Sequence record: KU686213.1
Length of the DNA: 64,000 nucleotides
Reading direction: 5' to 3' (one strand)
Program-made: the position numbers and the translations under genes
Shown: positions 15,601-24,183 of the stretch, one piece after another
Numbering within the stretch: the first letter of the stretch is position 1
Layout: each line of letters begins with the position of its first letter
Notes under the pieces: generated by a model
Told to the model about the DNA's origin: nothing
Seen by the model: the letters and a program-made list of their open reading frames with translations, nothing else
Databases searched by the model: none

Positions 15601-18600
15601 AGTGTATATTCTACTAAAGGAACTATCACATCAGAAGATGATAATGTATTCTCATTATCTTTATCAGAGAAGCCCGAAGTTCCTCTATACACATCCACCA
15701 ATTCCTTACTATCGTATACTACTTCATCCAAAAATACTGTTGGGGGTGTAGGTGAGGTTAGGATTATCTCTAGTGGAAATAATTTTAAGACTCTACCAGA
15801 ATTTATAACAATACAAAGTGAGACTGGAAACAACGCATCATTGAGAGCAAATTCCAGTGATATTGGTAGGCTTTCATCATTCAGGATTCAGAATGCTGGA
15901 TGGGCATATTCTGCAGATAAGACATTGAGTCCTAAGGGAATCGTCCAACCAAGTATTAAATTCACTAATTCTGACTTTGTATCTTCAATTGACGTTATTA
16001 ATGGTGGAATTGGATATCAGGTAAATCCTGATGTTGTTCTAATTGATGCTATCACTAGACAAACCATAGATAATGGCTCATTAATTGCAAATACACAATC
16101 ATCTAAGATTGTTGAAATTGAAATTGATGTTGCACCATCAGGTCTTTCAAAAAATCCTCACGAATTATACACAACTAATAATGGTAATGGTATTCCTATT
16201 CTTGAGATCATTGATATTGATTCAACCTCAGCAGAAGTGGTATTTTCCCTACAAACACCTATTATTGGTTATGCATCAACTCCATTTGAGATTGGAGACC
16301 AAGTATTCATTGAGAATATCTTCTCAGATAGTACTGATTCATCCAACTTAAATTCTAGTGATTATGGATATTCATTCTTTGATGTTGTTTCGGTAATTTC
16401 ATCCAATCCAACTATTATTACCGTTAAGTATCCAGAAAGTGCGGTTGATAACATCTATACTGGTATTGGAGCGACTAATCAAGGTGCCTTCTCTTCCATT
16501 GTTAATAGGAAAAATTATCCAGAATTCCAAGTAAATCAAACTACTGCAGTATTTGTTATTGGTGAGAGACTATCAGTTATTATTGATGGTGATGATAGAG
16601 AAACTGATTTAATTATTGAAGAATCCAATACTAATTTCTTTAAGGTCAGTGGTAATTATGACTTGCTTACAGGTGATACTGTTCGTGGAAACGTTAGTGG
16701 TATTGAAGCTACTGTAACGGATATCGACAAGAGTTTCTGTAGGTACGTTGTAGACACTGTTAGTCGCACAAGTATTGGTTGGAGAGATTCTATTGGATTT
16801 ACTAATGATGAATTTCAAGTAACACCAAATAATGATTACTATCAGAATCTTTCATATTCCATTAAGAGTACTATTGGCTTTGAGACACTTATTGGACCAG
16901 TCAATCGTCTAGTACATCCAGCTGGATTGAAAAACTTCTCGGATACTAAAATTGAGTCAATTGGTGTTGTTGGTCTTGGAACGACAGCTATTACAACCGA
17001 CCCATCAATCACCATTGATTTCATTGGATTGACTGATGTATCAGATACCCCATTGCGCGTTGATAGAATTAACGTATTTGATTTGGGGTATGATTCAAAC
17101 GTTAACAATAACAAGACCAATGAGATCCGATTTAATAGCGCTACACCTGAGAAGAGGTTAACTAATTATTTTGAAGTGAAGACTAACCGAGTATTACTAA
17201 TTGATGATATTAGTAGTTCATTTATTGATAGTGATAATCTAAGGGCTCAGAATGATTTTATAGACTTTGATGTTATTACTTCAGTTTATACTAGAGGTAT
17301 TATTCAAGTTAGAAATCCATCTACCGATCAAGTCCAACTATCAGAAATTATATCTCTAACATATGATGATAATGCATATACGCTTAGTAAAGCTAGTGTA
17401 TATGATGGAAACGTTCCGCACGGTATTTTCCAATCTACTTCATTAACTAGTAGTGATTATACATTGAGGTTTATTCCAACTGAACCAGATACATTTGATA
17501 TGGATCTAAAGCTATTGACTCAAAAGTTTGATAGTAACTCTATTGGTGCAAAGGAACTTGGATATGTAACTCTTGGAGGTCTTGCTAGAACTGCACCTGC
17601 ATTATCATCAACTCTTGTATATTCAGCGCCAAATAATTCCATTAATGCTGTAGCACTTCAAGTATATGTGCAGAAAGCAAGTGGTCAACCATCATACTAT
17701 GAAGTATATGCATTTGTTGCTAATGGTGAAGTTTTATCAAAAACATACAATTTTACTGGTGATCCCATTAGAGAGTCAAACTCACCTGGATTTGACTTTA
17801 TATCTATTCTAGATGGTGGTGGTAAGATTAGGATTTCTGTAGAGAACACGGATGCTGATTTCTTACGTATCAACACAAGAGAACTTGAGTATAAAGCAAC
17901 TGCTTCTGGAGAAAATCCATACAGGTTCAAAAAGGATAATATCTTTGATGGTTCTGAAAGAGGATTGAATCTTCTATCCGAGCAGACTGTTGGGTCTACA
18001 ACAGATTCATCCATCAATGTATTAACATTAAATAGTGAGCTATTCCAAACAGCCAAGTTGGTAGTATACATTGAGGGTACCACTATCGGTGCTATCCATC
18101 AAGTTATGGTAGCCAATTCTGATGGATCAACATACAACGAAACATATCCATTCATTACTGAGGGTGATGGATCTGGTGGTTCGGGTATTGGTACATTTGG
18201 AGCTACTATCAATGGTAGTGACTGGAACATTGAGTTCTATCCAGATTCTAGTTTTTCTGCGCAGTCATTGACCTTCACAACATATGCTGAAGCATTTTAT
18301 CGCGAGTATGATGCAGTTAACTATGATCCAAGACCACTTACTTACCAAAATAACGAAGAGGCATATTTCTTAGAGATATACAATACCCCTCTAGGTAATA
18401 GAACTAATAAGGTTAGTTTTCCAATTCAATATAATGGAATACCAGTATATGAAAAGGGGTTTGATCCAATTGCAGCCATTGATGATTCTAGTGATGTTAT
18501 TTCATTGAATAATCATTTCTTTAGTGATTCTGAAGAATTGTATTATGAGTTTGGTGATACCGTTAGTACAGTAATACCAGAGGCAATTGGAATTGTTCCT

Positions 18601-21600
18601 GTTATTGATTACTTGGGCATAAGTACCGACAAGATGCCTTCTAAGGTATGGGCAATTAAAATTGACTTAAATAAATTCCGAGTTTCAGCAACAAAAGAAG
18701 ACGCTGATCGGGGTATTTATATCGATATCGTTGATTTTGGTGTGGGCAACAACCATAAGTTTGGTATGGAAAAGAAATTGGAGAAATCACTCTATACAAT
18801 TGATGGAGTTATTCAATCCCCAATCGCACAAGCTAACTTAGTATATGAGTTGGATTCATCCACAACAGATAATGATAAGTTATTGCAACTAGTTGGAATA
18901 TCCTCTATTACTGCTGGAGATATCTTATTAGTTGATGAAGAATACATTATCATTGAAGATGTTGGATTTGCTGAGCAGGCTTCTGGTCCAATCTCTAATA
19001 CTGGATCTATACCACTTATCGAGGTTAAGCGTGGTACTTTAGGATCATTATCAACATCACATTCAGCAGGAGCAGAAATGTTCTTATTTAGGGGTTCGTA
19101 TAATATTGTTGGAAACAACCTCATTTTTACTGAAGCACCAAACGGTAGTGGTCCACAACAACCAAACCAAAGTAACTTAGTGGTTGTGAACTCATCTTTC
19201 CAAGGAAGAGTATTCTTACAGCAGAACTACGATAAGATTGCAATTTTTGATGATATTAGTTCTGAATTTGATGGAACTACTGAGCAATTCAAATTGACTT
19301 CTGGTGGAATAACAACAGGGGGAGTTGAGAATGGTAGTGGAGTATTGATAATCAATGATATCTATCAAACACCAACAACTACAAATAATGAGGGTAACAA
19401 TTATTACTTTACTGATGCCGAAAAGAATATTGTATATTCTTGGAGTGACCTTGGCGATACTAGCCAATGTTTAGTCGGTGAAATCAGAATAAGTGATTCT
19501 GAAGATGAAATTGGTCTATCCAACATAGACTTAAATTCCATTGATCAGGAAGCATATTTTAATACCTTAGTTGCGGGTGATGAATACGTAGTTAATGTTA
19601 AGTATAGTGAATCTCAGTTTGAGTATCGCGGTAATTATCAAGCATCTCTACCAGGAAATACTACCAGATTTGTAGGTGGTTCTGTTATTAGTGGAATTGT
19701 AACTACAACTGATGATGTCGTTGATGTTACCATTGTACCAGTTATTCCAAAATCAGATGTTGTATTTACCGGCATTAGATCTCCAATCACTGGACTACGT
19801 GTTGAATCTGAGTTTGATGTAAATCAAAACCAAATTCCTCGTGGTGGTCTCATCGTATCCCTCGGATCAACTCCTGGACTGGGTTATGCTCCACTAGTTG
19901 ATGCTATCTTGGAACCAGAAGTTGTTAGTGGTGAGATTGTCGGTGTTTACACAGGCAATAACATTGGAGAAACTACGCAAGTTAGATGGGCTGTCTATGA
20001 CAATGAAACTGGTGAGTTGACTGTTAGTTTCTATGGGAACGCCACTACAGCCCAGGAGCCCGTCAGTGGTGCTGTTTACTTTAAGGAGAGTGGTAGGCTA
20101 TTAGTTACTACACCAGCTTCTCTAAGCGGTCAGAGCATCCTTACAGGTGATTTGGTGTCATTGGACGCATTACTATTTGAGTGTAGTTCTGGTGGAGCAC
20201 CTTCACAGCAGATTTTTCCTGATCGGGACTCTGTATTTACTATTGAGTCTATTGTTAACGACAATACATTCTCAGTTTCTGTTGGAATATCCACTCTAGA
20301 TCATACATACATTGCGGGTGGTACATGGCAGAAAGTCCTACCATTTGAGTTTGGTCGCCAAGAGTTGAATCCAAGCTTTGTATATCTAAACAACCTGGAA
20401 TTTGAATGTCCAAGTGGTCAGACTGCTGGTTTGACTACAACTCTATTCCCAACAGACACCAATAACTTCCCAGTAATTACTAGGGATGATGGAGCACACT
20501 TGAGACTTCAAGTAGGTATTTCAACTCTAGTTCACAACTATGTTGGTGGCGGTACTATCGGGGAGATTACAAAGAACTCCGTTGGTTCGGGATATAACAG
20601 TGTAGTTTCTATTGGAATTACTGAAGCTGGTCATACGGGCGCGGCTGCGTCTATTCGCGGAATCCCTGGTCCTGGTGGAGAACTACAGATCGTGATTGAT
20701 GATCCTGGTAGTGGATATGTTGATCCATACATCTGGGCACCATCACCAAACTACTTCAATCTACCCATCAAGGGTATTTCACGCAGAGATGGAACAACAG
20801 ACACTGGTAAAAACTTGTTTGTTACTTGTGAAGTTGGTGGAGCCACAACCACTGCTATTGGTAAATCCGAATACTTTGAAGTTATTAATTATGAAATAAG
20901 TAACTTGGGTTATGGTTTTATGGAAGGTGATGTTGTAACTGTTGTTGGACTAGTTACTGATAAGAGTTTATCACAACCAATCGAAGAGTTTCAATTAACA
21001 GTATTGGATACATTTACTGACAATTTCTCTTACTGGAATTATGGTCAGCAAGACTATATTGATAGTATTTCATCATTGCAAGATGGAATCAGAACAAGAT
21101 TCCCTCTAATCTATAATGGAGAATTATTATCCTTTGAAAAAAATCCTTTGGATGAAGATTCTGATGCTATCGATTTAAACTCTATCCTATTAATCTATGT
21201 GAATTCTGTACTGCAAGTTCCTGAAGTTGCTTATAGGTTTAATGGAGGAACATCATTTGAATTTACAGAACCACCTTTACCCGCTGATGATATTGATATC
21301 TATTTCTATAGGGGAAATAGAGACCTTGATAGTATTGAGGTCACAACAATAACTGAGTCAATCAGACCTGGTGATGATTTACAAATCATGAAGAATGACG
21401 TTTATGATTTGAGTAAGACCCAGGATATTAGGTTGGTGACTCAAATCAAATCTTCAGATACTGTTAGGACTAACATCTATTCCGGCAATCGTGATTTGGA
21501 TACTATAAATCCACGCCCTGTTGCTTGGGATAAGCAGAAGAGAGATATCTTCATCTATGGAGAACCAGCATTCAAAACTAGAGATAGTCTTGAGTCTGAT

Positions 21601-22569
21601 ATTAGACCTGATGCATCTATTATTTCCCCATTGAATTCATCATCAATCAACTTGTACATTGATAGTCCACAACTCTTTAGATATGAGCAAGATGTTGATA
21701 ATAGTGTAGAAGACATATCAAGTTTGGCTGCTAATATTTACGGTCAATCTGATTTGTTTACCAATACCTCAGACACCTTTGAGGAGGCAGAAATTAAGGC
21801 TGTTGTTAACGCAAATGGACAAGTTTCTGATCTTCAGGTTATCAATCCAGGTAGAGGTTATCCAACTGATACTCAGATAACAATATCATCTCCGGTTGAT
21901 GGATCTAGGGCATTCCTAACAAACAAAATTATTATTGGAGGTACGATAATCTTCGTATCAACTCAGCCCAGTGGAGTTGGTTCTGGATATGATCCAGCAA
22001 ATCCCCCAATAGTATTGATTGAGAGACCCGCAATTAAGTATGAGTCTGGTATTAAGTTTAATGGTGATAATGTACGCGGTTATTCTGCAGCCATTACTCG
22101 TATTGTGGGAGCACCAAGTCCAAACTTTTCTGTTCCGTACTTCCTAAGGTTCTACTTCAACAAGTTAGACGATAGTCAAAATATTAATGATATTTTAGTT
22201 GGAGACTACATCGTTACTAGTCAAACTAATATTGGCTCTGGAGTAAATGCTATAGGGGGCAATCAACTGGATCTTGTGGGCACATCAAATCAGTTCCTAG
22301 ATTGTGTTTACAAAGTTAGTGGAATCGATGCTTCAACATATGAATACATTGACGTAAACGTTACTACAAATGTTTCTGGTATAGATGTATCTGGTGATCT
22401 TGGGTATTTCAGCTTTGGTGTTATCAGTAATGTATCCAGACCTAACGGCAAAACGTTTGATATTCCAAATCCAGAATATACTAATGATATGGACAACTTC
22501 CCAACATTAGTTAGGACTAAAGGTGGTCTTCGTGATAGGGGTGGACTCGCAAAGAAAGTTGTAACGTAG
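9625..22569 (+). CDS. g7: Giant baseplate wedge initiator, gp7-like (4314 aa)
   Basis: N-terminal V.IQDIV.SQLPEFI; K.KGSEESI.ILFK.LYG; position between g6 and g8; Gly/Ser-rich beta repeats; internal YHYH-like segment. Confidence 0.8.
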   Translation: MIGTGIDVRVKIQDIVSSQLPEFILSEAPLTDDFLKQFYVSQEFQGGAIDFATNLDQYLDLNNLSSDSLYGTFELTQDISSTDTEVFVNTTKSFPGEWGLLKVNDEIMTYTGITTNSFTGVVRGFSGVTSLHAEGAPEEIVFNATEASSHLSGASVTNLSTLFLKEFYKKLSYTFAPGFEDLDVDSELDVGNWIRQVRSFFQTKGSEESIIILFKVLYGEKPTVIDLEDFLIKPSTAEYSRRDYAVAIPVEGNPIDLKGKTIFQVGSPNVFGAVSEIEAFTRDGRLYYRIYFFVSNEEVLNERKLFTIPGRTQCQREWNPGDTTLTVDTTIGFRDNGEFITADGIVFNYEQRSVNQFLGVTCSVPTKKVLITDEIIDNIIVSGMNDLGEEVTLRLTGVISDINFGDDIPFNFQGEKIRVDTLGESILSNIATRDESTVPEIIANSFVYNTSVRFEVESVNGTSFILSAPYLDKSSIDVGDTVDILPRGGQNAYIIGAPVTEVDFVNSTVTINNSFGIPVNQSLDIRRNQKYANSSGARIDYGNNAVLSNVLNLYDGREYDSNYYVATNSLPSYEISANIVESSLVSPTQQSFDDFNSFTGEYSTIIFAGDVNFYTGDLVTYSVSEGATSLTETGEYYVQVLSDRRKVKLFVSPSFIGSENSVGLVYTPDSGSHFFTLESQKTREISTKRIFRKIPVSDSLVAIDRTPEETTPGSIAVLTNGVEIVSYKSPNKVYLGPLERLDVGSRGEGYSVISPPKIYIAEPDVQLYEGGTGSVVPTKATSTPVIKGELEEILIDPQDFDIKEVFSITVRGGNSRGASAVPIIDKKNRELPFDSRVTTLGGGVNPDDNSILFQSNHNLTEGTALVYNNKGADSIGITLSDNTDFSTGATLSNGGVYYAKILNNRTIQLFETLESLNNGGDPVFLSSNLTGYGFQSFDTLRADRLIGATITDDGGDFFYRNMSFNPSNVFDEYDEIRYVSHGFNSGDIVEYGTTGTVISGMSTQNQYYVYKVNDNVLKLSDAGIGATISSNYDRLEFVDFNSSGTGTHNIKYPDITADVVVSFASSATGTIVASPIIRGSIEQVYTDDGGYYGSDIINFEKNPEVYPIGGSLAKLSPSIVNGIVNFVQIINTGKNYSDCPELVVSDSSGAGTGAKLRAVVVDGEIIDVIIISGGIGYNSASTTIEVLETGRDALIIPRIRDLTINLNSRFGFEVLSQNNYRIVSYNRVLREGVYSDVGNFHSPIIGWANDGNPIYGGFGFSDPQDTNSEIRAMETAYELAPNDVYGRPSQTAYPAGFFIEDYKYVDGGDLDEYNGRYCRTPDFPNGVYAYFAGISPDPQSSAREPQFPYFIGPKFRDSAIDSNSTNVDQSFDLNDKPIFRNTFPYYVGSPVAGSEFIDQSYLFDIQDSIVQSTSPGTIDSISIVGDGKDYSVGDVPLFNSDEDFISATISQVTGIGVSEVRENTLSYSKLDTAVIRLDQKTIRIYVSPNHQYNDNDSVIISGLSTITSTISGSRIVNIDNSAMTLYSPVQPIVNDGVTDIFVNSISQNVSVGSSIEIGNPGETELVSVLNIFPINKALRVYRPVGFNTVANIGDLVSPLPNFFDVNVRTPEFESELDYAYNFNPKQSLSIAPSLGESTSRVYSIGSIDYPISVPAASIYAPNHQFKNLEEVVFTKPANGISLDGLDSNNNPVVVPIIGDSQVLYVHNISKDYIGLRFTPSDEDIIFLTDASDLFTYSIKTNRFVETANLDRIRAEVTTIKPHQLKNNDTVTISVSALNSSGIGTASDVYIQFDEISQSLIVDPKFATSADISTELNLVFIEDHGYILGDYVLYECDGTSISGLTTHSKYFIIPFDTDRFYLAETAIDVKIGSELPIILGSTGSGEHKFSKVNPELNITGNHDILFDVSDPSLLNRELKFFYDQNLTEVFENNGIDPVFVVSGVSSEGTIGATKEIRFSENNPGVIYYGIESGGYISTSDTNAIAYNSIKYVNSVYSTKGTITSEDDNVFSLSLSEKPEVPLYTSTNSLLSYTTSSKNTVGGVGEVRIISSGNNFKTLPEFITIQSETGNNASLRANSSDIGRLSSFRIQNAGWAYSADKTLSPKGIVQPSIKFTNSDFVSSIDVINGGIGYQVNPDVVLIDAITRQTIDNGSLIANTQSSKIVEIEIDVAPSGLSKNPHELYTTNNGNGIPILEIIDIDSTSAEVVFSLQTPIIGYASTPFEIGDQVFIENIFSDSTDSSNLNSSDYGYSFFDVVSVISSNPTIITVKYPESAVDNIYTGIGATNQGAFSSIVNRKNYPEFQVNQTTAVFVIGERLSVIIDGDDRETDLIIEESNTNFFKVSGNYDLLTGDTVRGNVSGIEATVTDIDKSFCRYVVDTVSRTSIGWRDSIGFTNDEFQVTPNNDYYQNLSYSIKSTIGFETLIGPVNRLVHPAGLKNFSDTKIESIGVVGLGTTAITTDPSITIDFIGLTDVSDTPLRVDRINVFDLGYDSNVNNNKTNEIRFNSATPEKRLTNYFEVKTNRVLLIDDISSSFIDSDNLRAQNDFIDFDVITSVYTRGIIQVRNPSTDQVQLSEIISLTYDDNAYTLSKASVYDGNVPHGIFQSTSLTSSDYTLRFIPTEPDTFDMDLKLLTQKFDSNSIGAKELGYVTLGGLARTAPALSSTLVYSAPNNSINAVALQVYVQKASGQPSYYEVYAFVANGEVLSKTYNFTGDPIRESNSPGFDFISILDGGGKIRISVENTDADFLRINTRELEYKATASGENPYRFKKDNIFDGSERGLNLLSEQTVGSTTDSSINVLTLNSELFQTAKLVVYIEGTTIGAIHQVMVANSDGSTYNETYPFITEGDGSGGSGIGTFGATINGSDWNIEFYPDSSFSAQSLTFTTYAEAFYREYDAVNYDPRPLTYQNNEEAYFLEIYNTPLGNRTNKVSFPIQYNGIPVYEKGFDPIAAIDDSSDVISLNNHFFSDSEELYYEFGDTVSTVIPEAIGIVPVIDYLGISTDKMPSKVWAIKIDLNKFRVSATKEDADRGIYIDIVDFGVGNNHKFGMEKKLEKSLYTIDGVIQSPIAQANLVYELDSSTTDNDKLLQLVGISSITAGDILLVDEEYIIIEDVGFAEQASGPISNTGSIPLIEVKRGTLGSLSTSHSAGAEMFLFRGSYNIVGNNLIFTEAPNGSGPQQPNQSNLVVVNSSFQGRVFLQQNYDKIAIFDDISSEFDGTTEQFKLTSGGITTGGVENGSGVLIINDIYQTPTTTNNEGNNYYFTDAEKNIVYSWSDLGDTSQCLVGEIRISDSEDEIGLSNIDLNSIDQEAYFNTLVAGDEYVVNVKYSESQFEYRGNYQASLPGNTTRFVGGSVISGIVTTTDDVVDVTIVPVIPKSDVVFTGIRSPITGLRVESEFDVNQNQIPRGGLIVSLGSTPGLGYAPLVDAILEPEVVSGEIVGVYTGNNIGETTQVRWAVYDNETGELTVSFYGNATTAQEPVSGAVYFKESGRLLVTTPASLSGQSILTGDLVSLDALLFECSSGGAPSQQIFPDRDSVFTIESIVNDNTFSVSVGISTLDHTYIAGGTWQKVLPFEFGRQELNPSFVYLNNLEFECPSGQTAGLTTTLFPTDTNNFPVITRDDGAHLRLQVGISTLVHNYVGGGTIGEITKNSVGSGYNSVVSIGITEAGHTGAAASIRGIPGPGGELQIVIDDPGSGYVDPYIWAPSPNYFNLPIKGISRRDGTTDTGKNLFVTCEVGGATTTAIGKSEYFEVINYEISNLGYGFMEGDVVTVVGLVTDKSLSQPIEEFQLTVLDTFTDNFSYWNYGQQDYIDSISSLQDGIRTRFPLIYNGELLSFEKNPLDEDSDAIDLNSILLIYVNSVLQVPEVAYRFNGGTSFEFTEPPLPADDIDIYFYRGNRDLDSIEVTTITESIRPGDDLQIMKNDVYDLSKTQDIRLVTQIKSSDTVRTNIYSGNRDLDTINPRPVAWDKQKRDIFIYGEPAFKTRDSLESDIRPDASIISPLNSSSINLYIDSPQLFRYEQDVDNSVEDISSLAANIYGQSDLFTNTSDTFEEAEIKAVVNANGQVSDLQVINPGRGYPTDTQITISSPVDGSRAFLTNKIIIGGTIIFVSTQPSGVGSGYDPANPPIVLIERPAIKYESGIKFNGDNVRGYSAAITRIVGAPSPNFSVPYFLRFYFNKLDDSQNINDILVGDYIVTSQTNIGSGVNAIGGNQLDLVGTSNQFLDCVYKVSGIDASTYEYIDVNVTTNVSGIDVSGDLGYFSFGVISNVSRPNGKTFDIPNPEYTNDMDNFPTLVRTKGGLRDRGGLAKKVVT

Positions 22570-22635
22570 AATTTGGTATTATTGAATGGAGTATAAATAC
22601 AACTAAAGGTATTTGTATCACCACTAAATTATACC

Positions 22636-24180
22636 ATGGCTGCTTTAATTACTGATGAATTTAGGCTATTTAATGCTGATAACTTCATCGAATCCGTAAC
22701 TGACCCAGATAATTCATATTATATCTTTGTTGGTCTTCCCAATCCCGTTGGTGAGGGCTATGGTCGTTCCGAAGATTGGAACAACGACCCCCTAGCCCCC
22801 ATCGACAATTTTTCATATATCCGCAGTTGTTATGACTGGATGATGTATGGTCGCCGTATTACTCCGGGTAATATCCGTAGGGTGATTCGTCGTGTTGATT
22901 GGACTAAAGGGACTAGATACGATCAGTATAGGGATGATTATAGCGTATATAACGTTTCTCCTAATAGTGGATCTACTAGACTTTATGATACAAATTACTA
23001 TGTTCTAAATAGTGATTTCCGTGTTTATGAGTGCTTGAGTAATGGTTCCAGTGGTGATAATCCAAAAGGTAATGGTTCTGAAGATGAGCCAAATTTCGTA
23101 GACACAGAGCCATCAGCAGCCGGTTCTAGTGGAGACGGATATATTTGGAAGTATCTATTTACGGTTTCTCCTGCCGACGTTATTAAGTTTGATAGTACTG
23201 AATTTATTACAGTACCTAGCGATTGGTTGACTACGGATTCCCCACAGATTGTTTCTATTAGAGAGAGTGGTGATTCTACGATTAATGACGCTCAATTGAA
23301 GCAGATTTATATTGATAAGCGTGGTTCTGGCTATAGTGGTGGTGCTGGGCAAGAACTTCCCATCTTAGGTGATGGTACTGGTGCTAGGGCAGTGGTTGAT
23401 GTTAATTCAGGTCAGATTACCAAGGCACTTGTTTCTAAAGGTGGTAAGGGCTATACCTGGGGTCTAGTTGACTTAGGTTCAATTAATACTAGTGCATCTG
23501 AAGCAGCTAAGTTAGACGTTATAGTTCCACCATCAATTGGTCATGGCTTTGATATCTATCAGGAGTTAGGTACTGATAGAGTTCTTGTGTATGCTAGATT
23601 TGATGATTCAACACAAGATTTTCCCATCGATACACAGTTTGCTCAAATTGGTATTTTGAGAAATCCAACTATTAATGACTCTATTACAGTATTTACAGAA
23701 AATACATTTACGGCTGCAGATTCTCTTAAGTTAACTCCATCATATAATGGAACTCTTGATGTTGGTGATGTTATTGAGCAATCAACAGTTGATGGTATTG
23801 CTAGAGGCTATGTAATTTCATTCAATCCCGATACACAAGTTATCAAGTATACTCAGGATAGGTCATTATATTATAATCCACCTGGCAAAACTAATACCGA
23901 TTATGTTGGAATTTCAACTAATGGTAACCAAGTTAGCTTTATCTCAAATAGTAATAACATCACAGGTCCAGGATTCTCTGGTGCATTAGACACATCCTTT
24001 ACTGGATCAACTTTGACTGTTGGTAATAGAGCAGTTGAATTGGGTGTTGAGTTCACAAAAGGCGTTGCTAGAAGTGAGATAAATAAACCTAGCGGAGAGA
24101 TTTTATATCTCGACAACCGTCCTTTGGTGACACGTAACCCACGCCAAAAAGAAGACGTTAAGATCATCTTGGAATTCTAA
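22636..24180 (+). CDS. g8: Baseplate wedge protein gp8
   Basis: YYVLNSDFRVYECL.NG, DGYIWKYLFT, SGEILYLDNR..RQKED.KIILEF; late promoter at 22592-22599. Confidence 0.9.
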   Translation: MAALITDEFRLFNADNFIESVTDPDNSYYIFVGLPNPVGEGYGRSEDWNNDPLAPIDNFSYIRSCYDWMMYGRRITPGNIRRVIRRVDWTKGTRYDQYRDDYSVYNVSPNSGSTRLYDTNYYVLNSDFRVYECLSNGSSGDNPKGNGSEDEPNFVDTEPSAAGSSGDGYIWKYLFTVSPADVIKFDSTEFITVPSDWLTTDSPQIVSIRESGDSTINDAQLKQIYIDKRGSGYSGGAGQELPILGDGTGARAVVDVNSGQITKALVSKGGKGYTWGLVDLGSINTSASEAAKLDVIVPPSIGHGFDIYQELGTDRVLVYARFDDSTQDFPIDTQFAQIGILRNPTINDSITVFTENTFTAADSLKLTPSYNGTLDVGDVIEQSTVDGIARGYVISFNPDTQVIKYTQDRSLYYNPPGKTNTDYVGISTNGNQVSFISNSNNITGPGFSGALDTSFTGSTLTVGNRAVELGVEFTKGVARSEINKPSGEILYLDNRPLVTRNPRQKEDVKIILEF

Positions 24181-24183
24181 ACA